From Acidobacteriota bacterium (lineage in GTDB: Bacteria > Acidobacteriota > UBA6911 > RPQK01 > JAJDTT01), in NCBI GenBank assembly GCA_965217775.1, contig CBDCJH010000002.1:4864001-4928000 (forward strand): a DNA stretch of 64,000 nt. The letters are read 5' to 3'. The notes beneath the pieces were generated by a model. That model did no database searches, was not told where the DNA came from, and worked only from the letters and a program-made list of their open reading frames with translations. The position numbers were made by a program, and so were the translations under genes. This document shows positions 33,489 to 42,439 of this stretch, piece by piece; the stretch's first letter is position 1; the number at the start of each line of letters is the position of its first letter.

Positions 33489-33527
33489 AGGGAACGGTAT
33501 CCCAGCCGGTTTGTCCCTGGCAAGGGT

Positions 33528-33690
33528 CTATTCGGATGGATTCGAGTTGGTGTCGATAATGTGGGTTGCTGCTGACATCTTTCCGGTGAGCCTCTGGCGC
33601 AAGACCACCACCAGGCTCCGGCTGTCCTCCGGCCATTTCGCCTCCAGTGCGGGACGAGGGTGTCGAAGGGCAATCCGGGAGGATCGATTG
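33528..33690 (-). pseudogene. Remnant 3' end of a VWA-domain paralogue
   Basis: 33528-33649 aligns ungapped to 34868-34989 (25 mismatches in 122 nt, counted by hand) and reads LEAKWPEDSRSLVVVLRQRLTGKMSAATHIIDTNSNPSE-stop. Confidence 0.82.
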
Positions 33691-33731
33691 GGTCCGGAGA
33701 CACGGCGGTCGGTCGGTCGCGATCTGATAAC

Positions 33732-34118
33732 TTATGGTTGGTGGTCAGCGACGGTTCGAGAGCCAGCCCCTGCGGGCGAAAAACGGGTGCGAAGAATATC
33801 GAACATGTCCGGCACTAGTGTGCCGATAAACATGATCGTTCCCAAGAAGAGCAGGTATTCAGGAATTGACTCTGTGTGCCCGTAGTACTTCTGCACCGCG
33901 CTCCCAGGTGTCGGCTCAACAGATACGGTCACACCCATGAGCATTGTGCTGACAGCCACAAGTCCGACTGGGACTGCTCTCAGATATATCTGATTACGCC
34001 TCAATCTCGGGTACAATATTAGCTTGTCGGCGAGATATACACCGATGGCATAGGCGATATACGGACCTGCTACGACAGCTACGAAAATAAAGGTCTCGAA
34101 GGAAATAACGGTCTCCAA
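33732..34118 (-). CDS. Hypothetical membrane protein (about 3 TM), lower GC
   Basis: 128-aa ORF with three hydrophobic segments; visibly AT-richer than flanking genes; TTG start uncertain. Confidence 0.65.
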   Translation of the reverse strand: METVISFETFIFVAVVAGPYIAYAIGVYLADKLILYPRLRRNQIYLRAVPVGLVAVSTMLMGVTVSVEPTPGSAVQKYYGHTESIPEYLLFLGTIMFIGTLVPDMFDILRTRFSPAGAGSRTVADHQP

Positions 34119-34138
34119 AAAGACACATCTTACGCGGT

Positions 34139-34555
34139 CTAAGACGACGGTTTCGCCTTTGTTTGTGTGTCTGCCTCGCTTTTCTTACGCGTGGCCGCCG
34201 GTACCTCAGGCGAGCGAATCGTGAAATTTTGTTGGTCGTCAAGTGATTTCCCCCAGTAAACCCAGCCCTTTTTGGAATCGTCTGCCAGTGCGACCTCCGC
34301 CCACGTTTGCTTTGAAGAAAACGCGTAGATCTCCAGCGTGCGTAGCAACTGATAGTCCTCCGACTTTTTTGTCTGGGCTACTTCCCAGCCTGGAAAGCCG
34401 AGCAACCAGGGAGACGGCGGGCTAAAGCGAATCGATGTGGGACGTACCGACGTCGCAACTCGCTCCGATTCCTCTGCTTCCGATTCCTGCTGTTCCTGCG
34501 ATGCGACCTGGAGTGGAACCGCCAAAATCACGAAGAAGAGAACATATTTGAACAT
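34139..34555 (-). CDS. Hypothetical secreted protein, possible SH3b-like domain, lower GC
   Basis: Signal peptide MFKYVLFFVILAVPLQVAS, W.EV...KKGWVY motif; GGAGG RBS upstream. Confidence 0.7.
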   Translation of the reverse strand: MFKYVLFFVILAVPLQVASQEQQESEAEESERVATSVRPTSIRFSPPSPWLLGFPGWEVAQTKKSEDYQLLRTLEIYAFSSKQTWAEVALADDSKKGWVYWGKSLDDQQNFTIRSPEVPAATRKKSEADTQTKAKPSS

Positions 34556-34822
34556 ATGAAGACCTCCGCACTTACGGTAGGCGGGCCAGCCGCGCGTCTC
34601 TAGCCGCTAATTTCCCGCTGCTGCGGGCACGAGAGCGTGTGCGCGGAAGCCCGGTTCGGCCTCCACGGATCAGCACCACGGAACGGCCTGTCGTCGCGAT
34701 ACCGATCCGCCTGCACCTAATTGGTGATTGTACCAAGTTTTCCTGCGGGGAGGTGGGGTATACGACCAGGAGCCCCCCAATTGCGGGGAAATCACCTTAA
34801 GTCATTGATAACAGGAGAGTAA

Positions 34823-34845
34823 GAAGATTCGACGGTCGAATCTTC
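34823..34845. terminator. Perfect 11-bp inverted repeat downstream of the VWA gene (terminator or operator)
   Basis: gaagattcgac-g-gtcgaatcttc. Confidence 0.5.
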
Positions 34846-34867
34846 AGAAAAATGGAGGAAGTCCTGT

Positions 34868-36571
34868 CTATTGGGAGGGGCTCGGGTTCGTGTCGATCAT
34901 GTGGGTCGCGGCCGATACCTTTCCGGTCCGCCGCTGGCGCAGGACCACCACCAAGTCCCGGCTGTCTTCCGGCAACGCCGTCTCCAGTGACGGACCGAAG
35001 TTCTCGAACTCCCGGAACGACACGAGTTCCTGTTCCGAGAAATCCAATTCGAGCGCCTTGACGAACAGGAAATTCTCTCCCAGGGGCTCGCCGGAAGCAT
35101 CGAAGGGAATGCCGAATATCTCCAGGGCGCAACGTTTTCGGCCGGCATCGTCGGAAAAGGTCAGTGCCTGGCTGGGGATCAGGGGCCGCACCACCCACTG
35201 TTCGCCCTGGCGGCGGACGGAGAGCCGGAACGGAAAGTCCCGATAGAGGTCGGGAAACTTGAAGGCGTTGGCCAAGTTGAACTGGGCCGCCCTCTCCGGC
35301 GCCACGCTCTCATACCCGCGGCGGTACCGGAGCTTCAGGCCCTTTCGTTTCACCTTGACCTCAATCCGGCGAAACTTGCCGTCCTCCAACTTGGCATCGG
35401 GAACGTAACCCAGAAGGTAGTACGACCGGCTGTCCAGATACGCGGTCCGGATGGGACTGCCGAGTTCGTTCTCGTTGGTGAAGAGGAGACCTCCCGTGTC
35501 CTCTGAAAGGGTGGCCAGGAACTCCTGAGTCGCCTCCATGTCTCCGATGTCAAAATAGGTGCTGTGCTGGAAGGGAAGGACCATCAGGCCGCGAGGATCG
35601 ATGCTGTAGACCGACACCTGGTTGCGATTGGCCTGATCGACGGCGGAGCGGAGACTCCTGGCGTAGATGGAGGCCATGCTGCCGATATTGAGCCTGGACA
35701 AAGTGGCCACCCGCGGCCTGCTCAGCCCACGATGCAATTGGTCCTTCCTGCGCTGGATGATCTCCGACACCCGGTGGTAGGCATTGATGGCATACCCTCT
35801 CGAGAAGTAAAGCATCCGCTTTCGCCCCGGAAGTGAGCCCAGGTATCGGGAAAGCGCCGAGATCGCCCGGCAGGACAGATCCAGGCGGGTTCTCAGGTTC
35901 GAGAGGTACTGCTGAGCCTCCGCTTGCGCGTAGTCCAGGGGCACGTCCGGGGGAACACCCACCCCGAAGCGATTGAAGATTGCATCCACCTGCTCCGCAA
36001 ACTCCTCCAGGCTGGCCGCTTCACGACGATAGGGAACCTGGGCCAAGGCCATTTCCAGCTTCTTCAGATCCCGGGTGAAGGGTTGGTCCACCCGGACCGC
36101 GGGCCGGATCGTGACCAGCATGGCCAAGTCTCCAGGATCCATCCCGGAGCGCAGAAACTCCCGGATGGCTTCCTTGCTCCGCTCCGCCGAGTTGAGGTCC
36201 ATGGTCTGGAGGTCCAACAGGAAAACGACATAGCCGCCCAGCCTCCCTTGAGGCACGCTCCCACGCCCACGGGCTGCCTGGGCCGACGGCTCCCCCGGTT
36301 CATCACGCGTAGGCTCAAACTGTTCCAGCCTGAAGAACTGGATCTTTCGGCGCTTTCCGTCCTCCAATACCTCGACTTCATCCTGACGGAGATCGGAGAC
36401 GAAGCGCCCCTTTCCATCGGTTGCTACCAGATCCACCAGCACCAATTCCGATTCGGCGCGAAATCTGGGCGGGCTGTCCTGTGGTGGCGCAGCTTCAATC
36501 CGGGCCAAGGTCCCCGGCAGCAGGGACAGGACGAGCAGGTACACGGCACTCTTCACGTAACGCAGTCTCAA
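34868..36571 (-). CDS. Acidobacterial VWA-domain protein
   Basis: Signal peptide, FRAESELVLVDLVATD..GRFVSDL, GRKRML, VSVYSIDPRGL, LSEDTGG, SYYLLGY.P, LRYRRGY. Confidence 0.9.
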   Translation of the reverse strand: MRLRYVKSAVYLLVLSLLPGTLARIEAAPPQDSPPRFRAESELVLVDLVATDGKGRFVSDLRQDEVEVLEDGKRRKIQFFRLEQFEPTRDEPGEPSAQAARGRGSVPQGRLGGYVVFLLDLQTMDLNSAERSKEAIREFLRSGMDPGDLAMLVTIRPAVRVDQPFTRDLKKLEMALAQVPYRREAASLEEFAEQVDAIFNRFGVGVPPDVPLDYAQAEAQQYLSNLRTRLDLSCRAISALSRYLGSLPGRKRMLYFSRGYAINAYHRVSEIIQRRKDQLHRGLSRPRVATLSRLNIGSMASIYARSLRSAVDQANRNQVSVYSIDPRGLMVLPFQHSTYFDIGDMEATQEFLATLSEDTGGLLFTNENELGSPIRTAYLDSRSYYLLGYVPDAKLEDGKFRRIEVKVKRKGLKLRYRRGYESVAPERAAQFNLANAFKFPDLYRDFPFRLSVRRQGEQWVVRPLIPSQALTFSDDAGRKRCALEIFGIPFDASGEPLGENFLFVKALELDFSEQELVSFREFENFGPSLETALPEDSRDLVVVLRQRRTGKVSAATHMIDTNPSPSQ

Positions 36572-37353
36572 AAGGCTAGCTTGCCATCAAGGACCATGTC
36601 CTTGAGTTTGAACTTCCGGGAGATTTTCTGGTCTGAGATCTTGGTGACGAACTCGATCCTCTTGTCTCGCAGATCGACTTTTTGGGTCAGATTTCTGGGA
36701 AACAGAAGGTGCAACGCCACCCACCGCTGTTGTTTTCGTAGCTTGGCGCCGGTAGGCATCCACCGCGCTCGGTTTCTGATCTTCAGGTACGACTGAGACT
36801 TGACGTCCTCCAGGAACCGATCTTTTTCCGTGGGCCCAAGCGGGATCGCTTGTGGTGGCAACCCCGACAAACTGACGACGACATGGTTCGGATATTTACT
36901 CATCCATTCCCCGTCGTCCGCCTTGTTTCCAGCTCGGCTCGATTCGTGTACTCGGTCCCATGCCCACTTCACAGGCGCCGCGGTTTCCCAACGGACGATC
37001 ACCGGGACAAAGGAACCGAAGTCACCACCGGTACTGTCGAGGTGCCTGGATACTGTCTGCGTCTGTACATAGACGGAAGGCCCACGGGACGTTATTCCAA
37101 CCGATCCTGGTGCGTTCGCGCGATTTCTTTCCAATTGTTCGTCCACCGGTCCGCTCGGCGCCGGTCGATGGAAGTCTTCGAGCTTGGCTCGTGAGATGTG
37201 GAACTGGTGGGACCATGGTGACTTGGTCAGGATCTTGGAGATCTGTTCCCGATTCCATTCTTGATATGGAATCTCTTCCCAGAACTTTTTGGCCGCGAGG
37301 CATGGACCAGCCATCATCAAGCCGGTCACCAAACTCAAGATCCCAGTCTTCAT
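36568..37353 (-). CDS. Hypothetical secreted protein
   Basis: Signal peptide, W..IPYQEW....KILTKSPW, C-terminal KFKLKDMVLDGKL; overlaps the VWA start by 4 nt. Confidence 0.8.
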   Translation of the reverse strand: MKTGILSLVTGLMMAGPCLAAKKFWEEIPYQEWNREQISKILTKSPWSHQFHISRAKLEDFHRPAPSGPVDEQLERNRANAPGSVGITSRGPSVYVQTQTVSRHLDSTGGDFGSFVPVIVRWETAAPVKWAWDRVHESSRAGNKADDGEWMSKYPNHVVVSLSGLPPQAIPLGPTEKDRFLEDVKSQSYLKIRNRARWMPTGAKLRKQQRWVALHLLFPRNLTQKVDLRDKRIEFVTKISDQKISRKFKLKDMVLDGKLAF

Positions 37354-37484
37354 GCTAACCGTTACACAAATACTGGACGGGCAAACCTGAGAAACGGTTC
37401 AGACAAGGCCTCGGTCCCGTTTCTCCAGAACCGGAATCCAAGCGATCCTCCAGTCCTTCCGAGGCCCAGGACAGGCTGCTCGGG

Positions 37485-38585
37485 TCAGGAATTGACCAGC
37501 CTCAATTCCCCGGGGGCAACCCTGGCCTGGCGCTGGGTGTGACGGCGCATTTCCTCGAAGTAGTGGACCGCCATCTGACCGGCGAGAAAGGTCCAGACGC
37601 CGGCCACGGAAACGCGCAAGATGTGCTTGTTTCCCGGGAACCGGCGCAGCAACCGGTCTCCCCCCTCCCGCACCAGGGCTCCGCTGGCCAGCAGCGGCAG
37701 CAGTTCCCGGGCCCGGCTCCGATTCAACGGAAAGCCGAAGGCTCTGGCAATCTTCAGGATCATGGCCGTCTGAATGGCACTGAGGGGCAACATGTCGCTG
37801 ACGGGAATGGGGACGGCGCCCACCAGGGCGGCAGAGAAGGCCGCCTGGGTCACGATGGAATTGCAGATGGTTCGACGGAACCCGGGCAGGCTTCGCGTCA
37901 GCGGATAGAGGGCCTTGGGGAGAGCCGAGACGATCGATTTCAGGAGCCGCTCAAGTCTCTCCGGCCGGACCACGGAGACCGGGAACACTGCGGTGCCCAG
38001 AACGCTTCTGGCCGAACGGACCATTCGGCTCGGCTGCTCCACAAGATCCAGCTTGCTCAAGACCACCAGCAGCGGCGTTCCGTATCCCTGGAGCCGCTCC
38101 AAGAGACGCCGCGTGGAGAGGGTGGCTTCGAAGCGGCCGTCCAGAACCAGGAGCATGAAATCAGCCTCCTGCAGATCCCGGGTCAGGTCCGACGTCCCGT
38201 ACCCGACGAACTCCTCCAGTCCCTGGATGCCGACGGAACGAAAAATGGGCCGGTCCACTTCGTCCTGATCCCGGGTCAGAGCCCGAATCAGGGTCGCCTT
38301 TCCCGATTGGGGCATCCCCACCACACTGATCTGCAACTCCTCCTCCGATTGGATCTCCCGCCACTGCCCGCGAACCACCTCCAGGACCTTCTGCATATTG
38401 TCCCCCTGGCGCGGGAGGGTGTCCATGACGGTCTTGAGGCGATACTTGATGTCATCCGGGAGGAGGAAAGCCAGTTGGTCCAGGAGGTCGAGGACCGGTT
38501 CGGGAGCCCAGCCCCGGATGCTTCGGAAAATGTCGCCTGAACTCAGAAAGGGTCCGGAAGCAGCCGATGCCGAAGACTCAGCCAT
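37485..38585 (-). CDS. Era-like GTPase domain + DUF697-like C-terminal protein with degenerate G motifs
   Basis: VVGMPQSGKATL, LLVLDG, VVLSKLD, then GAVPIPVSDMLPLSAIQTAMILKIARAFG. Confidence 0.78.
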   Translation of the reverse strand: MAESSASAASGPFLSSGDIFRSIRGWAPEPVLDLLDQLAFLLPDDIKYRLKTVMDTLPRQGDNMQKVLEVVRGQWREIQSEEELQISVVGMPQSGKATLIRALTRDQDEVDRPIFRSVGIQGLEEFVGYGTSDLTRDLQEADFMLLVLDGRFEATLSTRRLLERLQGYGTPLLVVLSKLDLVEQPSRMVRSARSVLGTAVFPVSVVRPERLERLLKSIVSALPKALYPLTRSLPGFRRTICNSIVTQAAFSAALVGAVPIPVSDMLPLSAIQTAMILKIARAFGFPLNRSRARELLPLLASGALVREGGDRLLRRFPGNKHILRVSVAGVWTFLAGQMAVHYFEEMRRHTQRQARVAPGELRLVNS

Positions 38586-38603
38586 GAGTCAATTGTAGCG
38601 TTT

Positions 38604-38856
38604 GAGGAACAGAGGAAAAAGAAAAGAGAAAAAGAGGAAAGAGTGAAGAGGAGGTGCTGGGGTATTTGAGAGGAGAACGGAAAACGGTCCTGTCTCGGAT
38701 ACGTGGTCCGTTTTGGCTCGATGCCATTATTCCTCCACGACTTCACCGGACCCCGGCCTGACGGGCGGATGATGAGCTTCGCACCCCGAACGTGACCCTG
38801 TTGCCACCAGAATGTCGCGAACTCACGACTCTTTCCTCTTTCCTCTTTCCTCTCCC
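38604..38856. repeat. Inverted pair of heptamer arrays (GAGGAAA..., ...TTTCCTC) flanking a ~180-nt spacer
   Basis: gaggaacagaggaaaaagaaaagagaaaaagaggaaagagtgaagag at 38604-38650 and actctttcctctttcctctttcctctccc at 38828-38856. Confidence 0.6.
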
Positions 38857-38869
38857 AGGTGAACGGACC

Positions 38870-41170
38870 TCACATCAGGTTCACCGGGTCCACGTCTATG
38901 GAGACCTTCTTCAGGTTGACCCCTTCCCGGGAGAGATCCTCCCGGCTCGAACGAACGATTCCCAAGGCTTCCGACCGGCGGACGGCCTTGATCAGAATCT
39001 GGAAACGGAATTCCCCCTTGATCCGCTCCAATGGAGCCGGCGCCGGCCCCAGAATACGGAGCCGCTGTGGTGCGGAGACTCGCTTTCGGTGCGCCAACAG
39101 CCTCCGGCCGAGTCGATCGGCCAAGTCCAGGGTCGAGTTTCGGTCCCGGCCCTGGACCAGGAGGCTGACCAGGGCCGAGAACGGCGGGTATTGGAAGCGG
39201 CGGCGGAACTCGATCTCCTCCTGAAAGAACAGGAGGTAGTCCTGCCGGCGGGCCGCCTTGAGACTGTAGTGGTTGGGGTAGTAGGTCTGGATGACGACGC
39301 GGCCGCCCCGTTCCCCTCGTCCGGCCCGGCCCGCGACCTGGGTCAGGAGTTGGAAGGTCCGTTCGGCGGCCCGGAAGTCGGGCAGCCTCAAGCCCTGGTC
39401 CGCACTCAGGACACCGACCAGCGTGACGCCGGGGAAATCGTGCCCCTTGGCGATCATCTGGGTGCCCACCAGAATATCGGTCAGGCGGCGGCGAAAGTCC
39501 GACAGAATCTGCTGCAGGCTTCCCTTGCGCCGAACCGTATCCCGGTCCAGACGGCCCACACGGGCTTGGGGAAACAGATCCTGAATGGCCTCCTGCACCT
39601 TCTCCGTCCCTTCCCCCAGCAGGTGGATGTACCGCTTGCCGCACTCCCGGCAGCGGGTGGGGAGAGAACGGGTGAACCCGCAATAGTGGCAAAGAAGTCG
39701 ATTCCGGTTTCGATGGTAAGTCAGGCTGATGCTGCAGTTCCGGCAGTTCTCGGTGTTCCCGCAGCTCCTGCAGAGCAGAGCCGAGGAGTAGCCCCGGCGA
39801 TTCAGCAACAGCAGCGCCTGGTCGTTGCAGTCGAGGCTCTCCTGGAGCGAACATCTCAGCAGGTCCGAGAGGATCAGCGCCTTGCCGTGCTTTTGAAACT
39901 CCAGCTTCATGTCCACGACCTGGACCTGGGGCAGGGATCGGTCCAGGACCCTGCGAGGGAGGACCTCGGGCCGGGGACGTCCCCGGTCCCGGGAACCGTG
40001 GTAGATCTCCAACTGCGGCGTGGCGCTGCCCAGCACCACCAGGGCCTGCTCCAGTTGCCCGCGCTTCAGCGCCGTGTCCCGGGCGTGATATCTCGGCATT
40101 TCCCCCTGCTTGTAGGAAGCGTCGTGCTCCTCGTCGACGATGGCGATTCTGAGATCGGGCACGGGAGCGAAGACCGAAGACCGGGTGCCGATCACGACCC
40201 GGGCCTTTCCCTCCCGAATCCGCAACCACTGGTCGAATCTCTCACCGTCCGAGAGGCCGCTGTGGAGAATGGCCACCTCCGAACCGAACCAGCCCCGGAA
40301 CTGGTTCGAGATCTGGGGGGTCAGTCCGATTTCGGGCACCAGCATCAAGGCGCTTCCGCCGGATCGAACCGCCTGGGAAATGGCGTTGAGATAGACCTCC
40401 GTCTTTCCGCTTCCCGTAATCCCATGGATGAGCATGCTGTGAAAGCCGCGGCTGGTCAGCCGCCTTCGGATCTCTTCCAGGACCCTGCTCTGATCCGGAT
40501 TCAACGAGTGACGCGTGACCGGCGGGGGCGGGTCCGAATCAAGCCACGGAGAGCGGTAGACGCGCTCCGGTTTCAGCACCAGGGCGCCCCGAGCCGCCAG
40601 CGCTTTCAGCGTGCGGTGGGTGGAGCCGGCCTCCCGCACGAATCGGGATACCGGTAGCGGGAGCTTTCGGGCGGCCAGCAGAGCCAGAAGCTCCCGTTGC
40701 CGCGGCGTCAGATCGGGTCCACGGGAGGGGTCGGTGCTCCAGATCGACATCCTGGTTTTGACCGGCCACGCCCGGGAGACCGACGAGGCAGGTTTCGACA
40801 GCAGGCCCGGGGGAAGCATGCTTTGCAGCACCTCGCCCAGGGGGGAGAAATAGTAGCGCGCCACCCATTGGCCGAGACTCAACAACTGGGGAGAAAGGAT
40901 GGGGTCCGGATCCAGAACCCGTTCCAGATCCTTCAGCTCCAGATCCTTCAGTTCCAGGTCGGTGACCGGCGGCGGACCGGCGACGACGATTCCGACCAGC
41001 TTCCGGCGGCCGAAGGGGACCAGGACCCGGGTGCCGGCGGCCGGCAGCGTCTCCATCCGATCGGGGACCCGGTAGGTGAACTCCTGGAAGAGAGGGAGGG
41101 GCACCGCAACCTGGACGTTCCGGTCCCGCTCGGGGTCTCGGCCGGACGGGATGGGGAGGTTGGCGGACAT
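38870..41170 (-). CDS. priA: Primosomal protein N' (replication restart helicase)
   Basis: GITGSGKTEVY, LVPEIGLTPQ, IVDEEHD.SYKQ, SATP, two Zn-finger CxxC sets, GTQMIAKGHDF, QVAGRAGR. Confidence 0.97.
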   Translation of the reverse strand: MSANLPIPSGRDPERDRNVQVAVPLPLFQEFTYRVPDRMETLPAAGTRVLVPFGRRKLVGIVVAGPPPVTDLELKDLELKDLERVLDPDPILSPQLLSLGQWVARYYFSPLGEVLQSMLPPGLLSKPASSVSRAWPVKTRMSIWSTDPSRGPDLTPRQRELLALLAARKLPLPVSRFVREAGSTHRTLKALAARGALVLKPERVYRSPWLDSDPPPPVTRHSLNPDQSRVLEEIRRRLTSRGFHSMLIHGITGSGKTEVYLNAISQAVRSGGSALMLVPEIGLTPQISNQFRGWFGSEVAILHSGLSDGERFDQWLRIREGKARVVIGTRSSVFAPVPDLRIAIVDEEHDASYKQGEMPRYHARDTALKRGQLEQALVVLGSATPQLEIYHGSRDRGRPRPEVLPRRVLDRSLPQVQVVDMKLEFQKHGKALILSDLLRCSLQESLDCNDQALLLLNRRGYSSALLCRSCGNTENCRNCSISLTYHRNRNRLLCHYCGFTRSLPTRCRECGKRYIHLLGEGTEKVQEAIQDLFPQARVGRLDRDTVRRKGSLQQILSDFRRRLTDILVGTQMIAKGHDFPGVTLVGVLSADQGLRLPDFRAAERTFQLLTQVAGRAGRGERGGRVVIQTYYPNHYSLKAARRQDYLLFFQEEIEFRRRFQYPPFSALVSLLVQGRDRNSTLDLADRLGRRLLAHRKRVSAPQRLRILGPAPAPLERIKGEFRFQILIKAVRRSEALGIVRSSREDLSREGVNLKKVSIDVDPVNLM

Positions 41171-41182
41171 GAGACACTCGGG

Positions 41183-41219
41183 CTAGGAGCAGAAATGATC
41201 CTACCGCGCAGACTCCTAG
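41183..41219. mobile_element. Collapsed MITE family C copy (37 nt, CTAG-bounded)
   Basis: ctaggagcagaaatgatcctaccgcgcagactcctag; both parts match the ends of 61797-61899. Confidence 0.7.
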
Positions 41220-41286
41220 TGCGAAAAGTCCAGTCAGTGCCGGCCTTGATCCGACCCAGACCGATCCCGGGCGTGAATCAAGCAGA

Positions 41287-41946
41287 CTACCGGGGTCCCA
41301 GCGTGTAGTAGGAGCTTCCCAATTCGGTCAGCTTGGCCCGGATCGCCTTCATGTCCTCCCAGACCTGCCGTTTGGCGCTCGGGTTGCGAAGCAGATAGGA
41401 GGGGTGAAACGTGGGAATCAGGAGACTTCCCTTGTAGGGGAAAAACTTGCCTCGCATTCGGGAAATGGCGGTCTGAGTCTGAAGCAGAGTCTGAGCCGCG
41501 TACCTGCCCAGGGCCACGACCAGCATCGGATCGATGGCTTGGATCTGCTGAAACAGGAAACCCTCGCAAGATTCGACCTCGTCCCTTTCGGGGTCCCGGT
41601 TTCCGGGAGGCCGGCACTTGATGATATTGGCGATATAGACCTGTTCCCGTTGCAGGCCGATGGCCTCGATGATGCGGGTCAGCAGTTGACCGGCCCGGCC
41701 TACGAAGGGAATCCCCTGGGCATCTTCGTCGGCTCCCGGAGCCTCTCCCACGAACATGAGATCGGCTTCGGGGTTCCCGACTCCGAACACGATATTGCGG
41801 CGTCCCCGGTGCAGTTTACACCTCTTGCAGTCCCCGATCTCCTCGCGAATCTCCTCTAGAGTCGGAGTCCGATTCAGGTTCTTGAGATTGAGGTGGGTGA
41901 CCCCCAACTCACCGAAATAATTCAATTGATGGATCAGTTCACGCAT
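41287..41946 (-). CDS. Family 4 uracil-DNA glycosylase (4Fe-4S)
   Basis: [42 protein letters not shown]. Confidence 0.94.
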   Translation of the reverse strand: MRELIHQLNYFGELGVTHLNLKNLNRTPTLEEIREEIGDCKRCKLHRGRRNIVFGVGNPEADLMFVGEAPGADEDAQGIPFVGRAGQLLTRIIEAIGLQREQVYIANIIKCRPPGNRDPERDEVESCEGFLFQQIQAIDPMLVVALGRYAAQTLLQTQTAISRMRGKFFPYKGSLLIPTFHPSYLLRNPSAKRQVWEDMKAIRAKLTELGSSYYTLGPR

Positions 41947-42035
41947 GTAGGACGAACCCTCCGGGAGGTCATGGTTTCAGTCTACTACGAACTGGTGGCA
42001 AAACTGCATCCGGCGGACGGCGACGCTAGGAGCTG

Positions 42036-42190
42036 CAGTCCGTGGTAAAAGTCCCGCGAGCACCGGGGCCGGTCCTGCGCCCGCCGGACAAGGCGCAACG
42101 GAGGGAGCATACCGGGAGTATGTGAGCCGATAGCAACGCAGTCCGGATGCAGGGACGGTCGAATGCCGTGACGACTTTTGCCACGGACTG
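42036..42190 (-). mobile_element. MITE family A copy 3 (155 nt, reverse orientation)
   Basis: cagtccgtggtaaaagtc ... gcataccgggagtatgtg ... gacttttgccacggactg. Confidence 0.85.
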
Positions 42191-42439
42191 CTAGCCCGAA
42201 TTTCTCGCCAGGGGGCGCGACGATCGCGCAGGATTTTCGCCCTCAGCGCGTGCTCACGACCGAAAGCGTAGTGGTGACTACGTTTGAGGGAGCATGTGCG
42301 CGCTGAGGGCGAAAAGACCAGCGAGCGAGCGCGAGCGCGCAGTCTGTCCCGGAGAAACCTTGGAAAAATCCGCGTAAATGCTCAAAAACAGATTATTTTT
42401 CATCATACGCGTAGCGACCTGGTGAGAAATGCGGGCTAG
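42191..42439. mobile_element. MITE family B (CTAG-bounded, long internal hairpin)
   Basis: TIR ctagcccgaatttctcgcc / ggtgagaaatgcgggctag; internal stem ttttcgccctcagcgcg ... cgcgctgagggcgaaaa with apical cgtagtggtgactacg. Confidence 0.75.

Noticed and set aside
33700-34730. Integron cassette interpretation of the two lower-GC genes
   Set aside because: No convincing RYYYAAC...GTTRRRY attC pair and no intI; only partial look-alikes such as attaggt and gttatca
33528-34989. Diversity-generating retroelement TR/VR pair (122-nt repeat at the 3' end of a gene)
   Set aside because: Only 11 of 25 mismatches involve an A on the coding strand of the candidate template, many changes are synonymous, and no reverse transcriptase is in the window; this fits a paralogue remnant
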